Below are positions 53,901 to 64,000 of a stretch of DNA of 64,000 bases, piece by piece. The first letter of the stretch is position 1. Every line of letters begins with the position of its first letter. The position numbers and the translations under genes are program-made. Under the pieces are notes generated by a model. That model saw only the letters and a list, made by a program, of their open reading frames with translations. It was not told where the DNA came from and made no database searches. The DNA comes from Amoeboaphelidium protococcarum X5. Taxonomy: Eukaryota > Fungi > Aphelidiomycota. The stretch is from positions 426,276 through 490,275 of the forward strand of contig JALDTO010000200.1 in NCBI GenBank assembly GCA_023515725.1. The letters are read 5' to 3'.

Positions 53901-54733
53901 GGCTTACTTGCAGTGCAAGCAACATATCCAAGCGCCAGCAAAGCCTTAAACAATCCATACTTAACTGATGTTATGTGTTCGCAAACGTCAATTTCACAGT
54001 CAGCGACACCATTAGGAAATTAATATAACTTAACGGAATGCTTGGACTTTTTACAAATGGGATCCACACAGAATGCAGACAGACTTCCACCACACTTATA
54101 TGCAAGCTGATTAGACTACAAGCGCTGTTACAAATGAAATTACTTGACGCGATGCATTTAGACAAAGCAAGCATCGCAAAACTATGGGCAATTATCACAA
54201 GTTAGACATCTAACCTCAGAAGATGCTTTATCACACGCAGAACACTCGATAGCAACGTCATAATCGTACTACTTAAAATAGAGCTCATCGTTGCAGGCCT
54301 ACACGCAATCACGAAAAGTGGCGGTCATATCAGGCCTAACATTCCTCCTTCTAAATGACACCTTAAATAGACTTGCTTTCTTTTCCTTTTTATTCCTTTT
54401 CTACTTCTTCACAATCTATTCACCAGTATCAGGTGCTGTATCTTCCCACATAAAATCGAACACGTCATGATTACGCAGTTCTTCCAAATCAAGATCAGCC
54501 ATTTACTCGACGACATCACCTTTATTGGGCTATGGCTAATTGGCATTGCGATTAAGTCGTAACAGATGATCAGGTGCTACACGAAAAAGATATCTTGGAT
54601 CATGATATATCAAAAGAAAATCAAATCTTACAGACAAAAGCATCATTGAATTTGTTCGCTGGGGATGGCGTTTTTTCAGCAGGGACTGCTTTACTCTGAG
54701 AGTAAAAAACCTTTTTAGACCCTTAGTTCGCAT
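50993..54733 (-). mobile_element. Kyakuja-Dileera-Zisupton (KDZ) transposase with N-terminal CxC2-like domain and C-terminal Ulp1/C48 peptidase; one internal TGA
   Basis: CLTCDNCPQFCDACFVQMH, CLACP, IALDGNFKL, CCARHG, KGEKY, YYDVGCQW, VPALHLYAHQSYCQ, GELMESLWS; Ulp1 motifs PHWNVY and QKDGHSCGVF; one frame of ~1247 codons with TGA at 52364-52366. Confidence 0.88.
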
Positions 54734-54854
54734 AGGTGGACACTTTATACTTGCGGAGATGCTTTTTACGTATATTTATTTTAGTCATAGCTGTCAATGG
54801 TCAAGCAAAATGATAAAAAAGGGATGAAATAATTTTTCACATTTTTCTCCATTC

Positions 54855-55160
54855 ATGAAACAAGCCTCTTTACCTTCGCGCAAAAAAATTGTTAGTTTTG
54901 TCGCTCTTTTCATGGTCACCACTAGTGGTTAAGAAACCCTTTAATTTAAAAAACAGTTTAACCGAAACTAACCGAAATAGTCGAGTTGCGGTTATGCGCG
55001 CGGACGCGTGCTCAATGTTAACCACTCAACGGCCCAGACTTATGATGTCTAGATTTGTGATGTGGCTGAATGTGATTCTAGTTTAATCTGCCTGAAAAGG
55101 TGGCTGAGGTAGATCACATTTGTTCGCTACATGAAATAATGTTATAACGTGAAAGGTTGT
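54855..55160 (+). CDS. Possible small secreted Cys-containing protein, 3' end unresolved
   Basis: MKQASLPSRKKIVSFVALFMVTTSG signal-like start, five to six Cys, GTAAGT donor at ~55159. Confidence 0.35.
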
Positions 55161-55186
55161 AAGTATATATATATGTATAAAATTGA

Positions 55187-56920
55187 TCAAAGTAATGTGT
55201 TCAACAGGTTATTGCTATTCTGTGTCAGAATCCATATAAAGTTTGGGATGAATAAACTGCGCGCCAACAAGTTTTCCAGCAGACTTTTTTCCTCTTGGTA
55301 GACGATTGTTTTATCCAAGATCTGTATGTCTCGCCATACCTGTTAATGCAATAACAATTATATTACTTTTCTACCATTCTCTCTGCAAGCTCTGTATAGA
55401 CCGTCATTATCATGCAACTGGCTACCTTGGACATTGATTGGAACAAGACATCCACACTTTTCATTATCTTGCATCTCATCCAATGCTCTAAGCTTATGTT
55501 GGCAAGTATCCACTTAATGATCCAACTCTAGACAGAACAAGCATTTGCCAATTAGATGAGGACATTGATATTGACTGGCGCACAAATCCTCTTGATGTCC
55601 TCTATCCACTCCTCTGTAGCATAGAAGGCACATTCCACTGGACCACTGGCAAAATTTGCCCCATCTACCTGCAACTTGATTGATAATGGACAGTTTTTGT
55701 TGAGCCAACTAATAAGACTCATCCAAATCGCCAACTTGTTCAATCTGCAATAGCTGCCAGTTTATTTGTACTCCACCTGCCTGACTTCCAATCCTTCTAC
55801 AATTATCACACCACTCTAATTACATGTCAAGACAGTTCAAACCAATGGTACCATCAATCTGTTCATGAAGCATTCCGCGTCTGCATCTATCCACAGCTCT
55901 ACAGTATTAGACCATGTTGTCGTCTTTTACATGTCTGTGTCTGCCAATGTCAAGTAAGATTGCCTGACATCCATTTCCATCTCTGCCACCTCTGCCAGTT
56001 TCTTGACAATAGTCAATTAGAGTATATGATGGGCCATGGTGGATGACTGTTCTAATGTTGGCAATGTCCACACCCAATCCAAAGGAACTGCTGCAGATCA
56101 TTACCATACGATTTCCATTCAGAAATTGATCCATCTACTCATCTTTACCTTCCAAGTTGTGATAGTATTTGCAACAGACTTGTTCAAAGTATTATGATAA
56201 TCTCTCTATGTCTCTAATGCTGTAACAAAATATAACCAGCCTGTCCTGTCCCACAAGTCTGCATATCTGTTATCTTATAAAGTCTTTAGCCTGGCGTTCT
56301 CCGATCCTTACCGAAGAGTATGTTGTTCTCTACTTGACATTCATTAACCTGATGCTGGTCAATTGCAACTTCCACTGCAAGACTATGTTCTAGACGTAAT
56401 TCCTTGGCATTGTAGCTGACAGCAACAGCAAGGGCACTTTCCATTACCCAACTAACTCCATATTATCCATCGAGTGTCGGAATTCTCTCCACAGCTGGTA
56501 AACGTGAATTTCATCCACCACTATACATCCAAGTTTTCCAATTCCTGTCAAGTATTTCATTAAGCTTTGAAAACTTCCATAGGCCAAGTGCTCTACCGCA
56601 ACGAATATGATGGCTGGTTCTATGCAAGTCAAATCCCCCAGCAGACTTGCGTAATTTGTAAGTGCTTTTATGCCAAGCCTCTCGGCTTTTTCAGCCGCAT
56701 CTTTTTCCAGCGCGATTGTAGGAGTTACTACAACCAACCATTAGCTTGGCATTAGTGCCTTTAAAGCCAGATATAAGAAAGACTTTCCAGCACCGGTGGG
56801 ACATATATTTATTACATTTTCACCTTCCAGAATGCGTAGTATTGCTTGGACTTGGAAATCCTTTGGCACCGCGTCAAGGCCATAGTAGCGACGACATATC
56901 TGATTGATTTAATCAATCAT
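55187..56920 (-). CDS. RecQ-family helicase with C-terminal Cys/His clusters (telomere-linked-helicase-like)
   Basis: PTGAGKS, VVDEIH, LLSAT, SSFGLGVD, YCQETGRGGRDG, CRR...WCDNC, then CLLC..H..C and CLFC..H..C. Confidence 0.85.
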
Positions 56921-58245
56921 ATTTGACAATCACGAGAATTTTAGTACTATTAGATAGGAGAATGAACTTTACGCTGACACTACTTAATCAGCGGATCCGC
57001 TCGTTTGGCATGGAGATGTGGAGACTATGGCGAAAGATGATCCTAAAGAGAGTTAATATGTGCAAGAACTGAGTTTAGGACATGGATGCGATGGTACTTT
57101 GAAAGATTTAAGCTCCTAAGTTTAGAATTGGACGGGATTACCATCGGTGCTTTTATCATCCTAGGTCTTTCATCGTTTGCCCTCCCTCTAGCATCAAGGA
57201 TTTTCTAGCTGGTCGTGAGTACACGTCATCGCCATAAGTAATTGACGATATTTATGATGAACGATTTAGATACTTTTTGGAGGATGCTGATTAGCTCAAT
57301 GGTATACATGTACTAGTTGATTAAATGAATGGTTTTGGAGGGGTGTGCTCCAAGTTTTTGGAGATCTTATGTGATGATATTCCTAAGATTCCCACGATGA
57401 CTTTTGGATTCTATGATAAGGAAACGTTGGATAAAAATGTAAGTGTTATATCCAGTTTGTTGCGATTATTAATACCGTTTGTGTAGAATGATCAATCAGC
57501 ACGTGTGAACACGTCAATGAGCTCGGCAGATTTGATTGATCAAACTCAATTGTATATTCCAATTAATGCGGCTGCAAAGTATTCTGGTACTGGCCATCTC
57601 TCTTGCTTCAAAAATACCAATTATAATACCAGCGCTATAATTTCTCAGGCGGTGTAGTAAAGTTTGCTACCTGTTGGTCTGTATTCAGGTGGTATCGATA
57701 TGGGTTATCTTACTAGTTTAGTCACTTCTATGAGCCCATGCAGAATTGGCAATCTTTTGACCCAGTTTCCTCTTAGAAATAGTGACAATGATTTGAAGTC
57801 TGTGCTGAAAGATTAGCGTTCGTTTAGTGATGATCCAGTCTGCGATTTATATTCGCAGTATGTTGTTTTGTCTGGTGAAGCTTTCGAAAGGTAAAATTTG
57901 TCAGAGATAGAGATGCAGATGGCTCAGACAAATAAATGCTATGGCACAAAGGCTTTAAGAACTAAACACGGCTACCCACTCAAGACTCCGTTTCCTAAAA
58001 TAGTTCGCGCATCTTTTGATGATGGTGCCGGGCATGATGATGAAGATTTGCTGTAACATGAACGTGTCGTCTCTTCTGTGACAACGCTGTACTCATCCAA
58101 GTCCTCCAAATTGCACCTATAATGGTTGCAGCAGAGTCTATCGCGTCCAAAACAGCTGGTAAATGAAGAATTGCGAGAAGAAGTGACAAATGCCAAGTAG
58201 CAATTTCAAGATTATATTGGTAATATTGAAGATTACGATTTGTGA
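56912..58245 (+). pseudogene. DML1: Misato/Dml1 tubulin-like gene, 5'-truncated and frameshifted; intron ~57439-57486
   Basis: IIFD..FSTIRQENELY, NWT/DYHRCFYHPRS (+1 shift at GGG 57134-57136), RYFLEDADQLNG, NGFGG; N-terminal segment absent. Confidence 0.75.
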
Positions 58246-58598
58246 TTTAATATATATATTATATTAGCGTACTATAGACCTGATAACTTTAAGTTTCCTC
58301 TTCATAAAGACGGCGCCCCGGAATAGTGTATGAATCATATCTGAACCTTTGATCAAGTTTAGATTAGACTCGATCACTGATGTCACTTTCCCATGCCCCT
58401 GAAATTCTATGTTGTTACGCGTCGCTTTCATTTTGCTCGCTTGGCCAGCGATTTGCCAGCCGCGCGAAACCAGATTCGTTTTATTTCCGTTTTAGTAAAT
58501 CTTCCATCACTTGCAAAGCCACACGCACAGTATTACATCGCCTCATTTCTTGTAATCCACATTAGGGACATTGCTATTGCTAAATAAGTTAAAAAGTT

Positions 58599-59243
58599 AT
58601 GGATAGAGAAATGGAACCTGTTGAGAAATCATAGGCTATCAATATGCCTGTTAAAAAATCTGCAAATCCGTAAAGTTATGGAGAAAGCATTGGACTTTGC
58701 AGCATATCAGGAAGAAATGTCGATCGATTCAGTGCTTTTGAAGAGTATAATGGATTTAGTCAACTCAGAAGGTGGTCTCTATCACGGAAATCTAACATGA
58801 CTAATGGCGGAGATTCTCAGAGCGCGTCATCACCAAGAGCCTTTAGATTTAGTGGCGAAAGTGTGCTGTCATAATCGGCATCTGCCATCCAGTAGCTTAG
58901 TTTGGCATCACTCAGCGTGGGGTCCTCTTTCTCCGATTATTTTGCGCGCCACACTGCTGCTGCGCCGCTGAGTTCCTCGCTGCGATCGTAACACTCCAAC
59001 AACACGCCTGGCGCCTCCTCTTTAAAAACTTCATATTTTAGCTGCGGATCTCTGTCTGAGCATGAGAGTGATGGTGCTCTGCTTGCTCAGTTTATCACTT
59101 CTCCTTAAAGTGAGCGGAAATCAAAGAGTGACCCGTCGCTGACTCAACTGCAAGTGATAAATAATAAGAAAGCTGATACGCTTGTATGGGATCCTAGAAC
59201 CAATAGTCCTTTTGCTGTTTTATGTCGATCGCCTAGACAATGA
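58599..59243 (+). CDS. Hypothetical Ser-rich disordered protein, 214 aa
   Basis: ATG to TGA frame under table 6; no domain recognised. Confidence 0.5.
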
Positions 59244-59444
59244 TAGAATGTTTAATCATCATAGAGTACAATAGATTTAACTTAATCAAATCTTATTATT
59301 ATTTATACACTATAGTTTCATTCATTTCAAATGGATGGATTAATTTAGCAGAATTGGGTAGTCAAAGGAGAGGTTCATGTCTCTAGTCCTCAATTATATG
59401 CACTCAATGTAAAAGACTAAATACGATCCATAACGACATCGTTT

Positions 59445-59861
59445 TCAATAATTTTCATAACAAGCTATCTGTAAGTGAAAGGAACAATTGTCACATTCAA
59501 CCAGTAAAGACTAAGTGTCAGTGGGGACATCATTATGGCCAATTGAGTATGTACCACCGCACCTACAAAGATATTCATACCGACCATTCACCACATCCAT
59601 CTCACCAATTTTAATAGACTCGTATATGAGCGCATTGACACTAGTTTATGTCCTCTTCAATTATAGCTCCATATCATACTACCGTCTAGCATCATTGTCG
59701 CGTAACACTTCCCAAGCTCTCTAACACGCGTTAAACTGATTAGTATCTACCGTCTGATTCTTATCAGGATGCAATCTCAAGGCCATCGCTTAATAAGCAC
59801 TCCTTATGACACTTATATCTGCACTTTACTCTACGCCTAGTACCTCATAATAATTTGACAT
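59445..59861 (-). CDS. DPH4: Diphthamide biosynthesis J-protein (DnaJ plus CSL zinc finger)
   Basis: NYYEVLGV, LHPDK, AWEVL; YLCRCGG...VECDNCS. Confidence 0.9.
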
Positions 59862-59967
59862 TTATAGCTTGACGCGTCTCTTTAATCCAATTTTCGTAAT
59901 CCATCAATTTAAACGGGGTAGAATGGTTGAAAATCTAAAATCTTCCGCTTATTATACTGACACCGTA

Positions 59968-60750
59968 ATGGAACCACAATTTAAAGTTATTAAGGAAGAG
60001 CTTGCATACAAGAGGTAAAATCCAATTCTTTTATGGGGCCAATTCATATGAATAATAATGATAGATTCTTGAAGGTGTGGCATAGAAAGGTTTAAGACCC
60101 AACTGGAAAAGTAATAGACTGGGACGTTTGCGGTCACAACTCTACCGAGTATCCAACCTTTGCTATTACGTTTCCATTCTTTACCTAAAGCGTAAGATGA
60201 TATACTGTCAGCGATAATTAAAAACTTATTTAATCATATGCATAGAATGTAGAAAGAGACATAGCTAATCTTGGAGTACTCACAGGGAACGAATCAGCTA
60301 ATCCACACGTTTGCGAGCGGCGCGTTTGATCGACTGAAACACGGCTCGATCGTGGAATGCGCCAAAGCTGAACTGGCGGAGGAGATGCATCTCACTGGTG
60401 GTCAATGGGTACCATTGCTTCCTGATGGTCATGAGGGTATCTCTGAGCTAAAGTGGGGAACCAATAAGTTCTTTCCTTTCCTTGTGATTGATCCAGTTGC
60501 TGATGATAATCCTCCTGCTCTTGACCATGAAGGTAATATTTTTGCATTCCTTATGATGAATCTCTGATGCGATAACGTGTGCAAATATAGTCATGATACT
60601 AATGTAGAGTTCATTATACAACAGAAAAAAATTTCCATAGACTCCTTGCACTAGATGACGGTTGAGGGAAAACTAATGCTGCCTGCTGTATAGACTGCTT
60701 ACATGGCACTTGACAAATTGCGTCGTCTTGGTTTGATCCAGTAGCTATGA
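59968..60750 (+). CDS. Nudix hydrolase; three introns
   Basis: LILEYSQG, SGAFD...CAKAELAEEMHL (variant Nudix box). Confidence 0.75.
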
Positions 60751-60862
60751 AATTTCTGCAATTCAAACGTTGATTATCAATGGTAATCTAATAATGAAAA
60801 ATGAAAAAATAAACAATCTTAATCCAACTACTCATAGTTTTTACGCTCAATGTAGAGTATAA

Positions 60863-62305
60863 TCATACAGCAGACTTGGTGATTGTGCGCACAACTTCCT
60901 CCTTTGAGATCAAATGGCTAGTGTTTGAAACTAGATCCAACAGTTGTCCAACCTAAGTGGACCATTCAGATACAACATCATTGGGCTGACGAGGCTTCTA
61001 AAATATCGCTACACCCTAAATACGGTCAATTCTCGCGTAAATCACACCATCAGTTACCAATTTGCACAGGAACAGTTCAGCCTCATCCGCCTGCAAGTTC
61101 AACAGTTCCACCAGTCTCTACATGCTAATACGCGTGTAATATTTGGCAATAACACGCACATTATGTTCAATTACACGACTGCGCAGGTCATTCCATCTCT
61201 TTTCACCATCATCACTGCTGCCAGAGCCAGAGCTGCGAAATACAAACAACTATTTCAAATCATTGCCATACATTTAAACAATTCTATCCCAGACAATGAG
61301 CTCTGGAGTACTGAAAGATTTCAGCAGTTGTTTGTACAAAGGCAATTGATCCAGCTTCTTATCCAGAGCGATCTTGTGCATCAAATCATTTTATTCATTG
61401 TTGAATGGCGCCAGCACGATAAAAATGACAACGTACTGCAGTACGTCTCGCCACTTTGGTTACTCAGCCTAGATAGACTTGGAATTGTAAACATGACGAT
61501 AGAACTCTGTTATGCTCAGATACTGCTAGTCATGCAGCGCCCACTGGATCATAAGCTCATAGTAGCGCAACTTCAGATCCTCGGTCTGCTCATCCTCAAA
61601 ATACTTGACATTAATCTTCTTACTGATGATCTAAGTACGAACGTAATCCTTTCGGGCCAAATTGAGACGCATCTGCTCCAGAATAAAGTCAGTCTTCTCT
61701 CGCTTCTCCATACTACCAAAAGTCTCCACTTGAAGAGCTTGCAGAATATCAGCCGCCTCATTTACATTTCCCTCCTGCTCCTTGATGGTGGCAAGAGTTC
61801 TAGTTAGGCGGGCACGCTCAATCTCCACGTAGATTTTGCCCTCAGTGATCTCCAGCAAGGTGTTGATAAACTCCACCTTCTACTTCTTATCAGCTACTTG
61901 TGAGACATAGCTGTAAGCTTCCTGCACCATCTTGGTCACAGCTTGCTTGATGAGACCATGCTTCTTACTCAGCGAAACCAACATCTCCTGTAAGAGCTTA
62001 AAGTCCTTACCCAGAAAACACAACTTCACAATCTCCACCAACACCTTGCCATTAGAGATCATATCTGCAGCATTTCTTGTCTGCTTCTCAATCAACAGCA
62101 GCATATCAATAGCATCTTGCAGCTTTCCACTCTACACACTTTTGAGAATGTTAAAGGATATCGTATCGTTCTTACTACCTACACTACAAATTTCAAAACT
62201 TACCTGAGCCAATTTTTCAGCCTTGGGTAAGACTTGAGCAACTTCATCAGCATAACTTTTCTGCATCTTCATATCACTACTACTACTACTACTTTCGACC
62301 TCCAT
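60863..62305 (-). CDS. RPN5: 26S proteasome lid subunit Rpn5/PSMD12; intron ~62132-62203
   Basis: [50 protein letters not shown] domain. Confidence 0.97.
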
Positions 62306-62554
62306 ATTGACTGTAATTACTTCACTATGTTAAGCGTGCGCTCTTTTGATGACAAGAATGAGTGACGAGACGAGACAGAGAAAGAATAAGAGCGATTGGA
62401 CACGATGGGAACGTGAAAGGAGGACAAGAGGGCGAGAGAAAAGGCGACCGCCGTTTCACCTCAATATGCGCGTATGTTCTGAAAATACAAAAGAAATAAC
62501 AGGCTGTGAATATATATATATGCACTATAACAAAAACACAATTATAATATGGAA

Positions 62555-63427
62555 TCAATCGCTAATCGGAGATTGTTATGAATCAGAAGACGTGTCAACG
62601 TGACTGTGCTGGAAGGAGAGGAATCTTTTGACGAATAGACGACATTAGTTGTCAGTTCTGCCATCAGTGAACTGAGCAATTGTCGTCCAATCGCGCCCGT
62701 ACTGTTTATACAATTCCAGAATCATTCTAGCTTCATCTGGAGTAAATCTACCGCGTTTAATATCAGGCTTTGCAGAATTTCTGTATTTAAAGTAGCACTA
62801 CCTCGGAGATTTAGTTCCAACATACTCGGCAATCATTGGCCACCGCGACTATCCACCCAAATCGGCATTTTCATCAAGAAGATATTTCTCGGTGGCTTCA
62901 TTCAATTTTCTCAGTTCATCGACAGACCATCTATCGTACGCAAATTTCCTCTTCGTAAAAGAGCTTTTCTTAATCTCTATATCTTTCTATTTCTTTCCAC
63001 CCTTGACAATCTAATCATCAACGATATAATCTTCTAAATTTTGCGATTACAGCTAGTCTTCACTACTAGATATAGCGTATCTTTCGTTATCAATCAAAGG
63101 TATACTGTTGTACACAGATTCATTGGGACGCACACACCATTTCATCATACGCCACTATGAATAGACAGACGGAGTGCTTCGATCTAGAATTTAAGCAATT
63201 TAAGTGTACTTCAACGGGGGTTTGAGTTACAATTCATTCAATTATTCAGAAATTTATTCAAATGCAGATTCATACAGCGGCGGTGGCTATAAGGCAGTCT
63301 TCATGTATGTCAATTTCACTCTTTCATCCAGAGTCCATATCTTTGCTCTGCTAGTTATTAAAGATCTAAAATTTACTACTCTATTAAGTGCAAAGAATCT
63401 GAATTATAAAGAATATTAAGATATCAT
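62555..63427 (-). CDS. Myb/SANT repeat protein, 290 aa
   Basis: RWSVDELRKL...RWPMIAEYVGTKSPRQC; KRGRFTPDEARMILELYKQYGRDWTTIA...RTDNQC. Confidence 0.85.
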
Positions 63428-63687
63428 GATCTCCCAGCTTTTGTTTAACTACCGAAATACGTTAACTGACCATTCGCGCAAAAGAGAAAATTCAATCGAG
63501 AGCTCAGGGGCGCGTTTGTTTGAGGTGAGGCTTCTATTTACTTGTAAATCATGAGCTTTATCATACCCCAAAGCTCCCACAAGTGAATAAAGAGGTAATG
63601 AAGCAACGACAAATTAAGATTGTATTTGAGAAAAGAGCGCAAATGAGAATCACATACAGTTCAATATGTACAGTTTTCTTAAAGCGT

Positions 63688-64000
63688 TCAATCTGCAGTT
63701 TCAATGTCAGCTGCTTTGATCATATCCCATTCATCATCTTCCAGTTAATCTGCGGTATTCACACTAGTAGAATTGTCCTGTTACACGTCAGCGATCATAT
63801 CTTTGAACCTCAGATAATCAGATTATAAAAGTCGCTGACAGATTAAGAGAGAATCATTGGTAACTGTCACCTTGTACAGTTTAAATTGTTGAACCATAAC
63901 TGTCAAGAGCTTTTCTTTGAATTCCAGATTACTTTGAGGATTATACTCGAGAATTTACTAGCCATTAAGACTTGTAAGCAGAGAAATTAGAGATTAGAAG
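63688..64000 (-). CDS. 3' end of an unidentified gene
   Basis: Table 6 frame ending QLEDDEWDMIKAADIETAD-TGA. Confidence 0.45.

Noticed and set aside
46118-54915. Possible terminal inverted repeats CCATGAAA / TTTCATGG bounding a KDZ element
   Set aside because: Only about 8 bp match, there is no target-site duplication, and the right copy lies inside a plausible signal-peptide ORF
60944-61807. Long plus-strand ORFs such as the 287-aa one here (also 37429-37842 and 22963-23361)
   Set aside because: Antisense shadows of real minus-strand genes (RPN5, the large secreted gene, RIP1)

Overview
Compact, gene-dense eukaryotic DNA with fungal/opisthokont-type genes. It uses a non-standard nuclear code: TAA and TAG encode Gln and TGA is the only stop (translation table 6). 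The supplied ORF track is therefore fragmented, and I re-read the genes under table 6. The code, gene content and short introns best fit the aphelid Amoeboaphelidium protococcarum, an algal parasitoid related to fungi (inference). About 1-40 kb and 57-64 kb hold mostly housekeeping genes: PIN1, ERG20, ERG13, FKBP, NUP133, SF3B5, RAC1, BDP1, POT1-like, DHHC, ATP5, GH5, a mitochondrial carrier, RPL21, RPS9, TGT, RPS12, RIP1, ssSPT, SED5, RRB1, UTP21, RGS, TRM1, DPH4, Nudix, RPN5 and a Myb protein. This part also holds a compact RING plus tandem-BRCT (BRCA1/BARD1-like) gene and a large secreted orphan. About 40.3-56.9 kb is an accessory island. It contains a PD-(D/E)XK nuclease, integrase and copia protease debris, small secreted Cys proteins, a truncated PHI-1-like gene, a CxC2-KDZ transposase fused to a Ulp1 peptidase, and a RecQ helicase abutting a broken DML1 gene. 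Nearly all introns I could infer end in GTAG. Coordinates were read by eye and family calls come from recalled motifs, not database searches.
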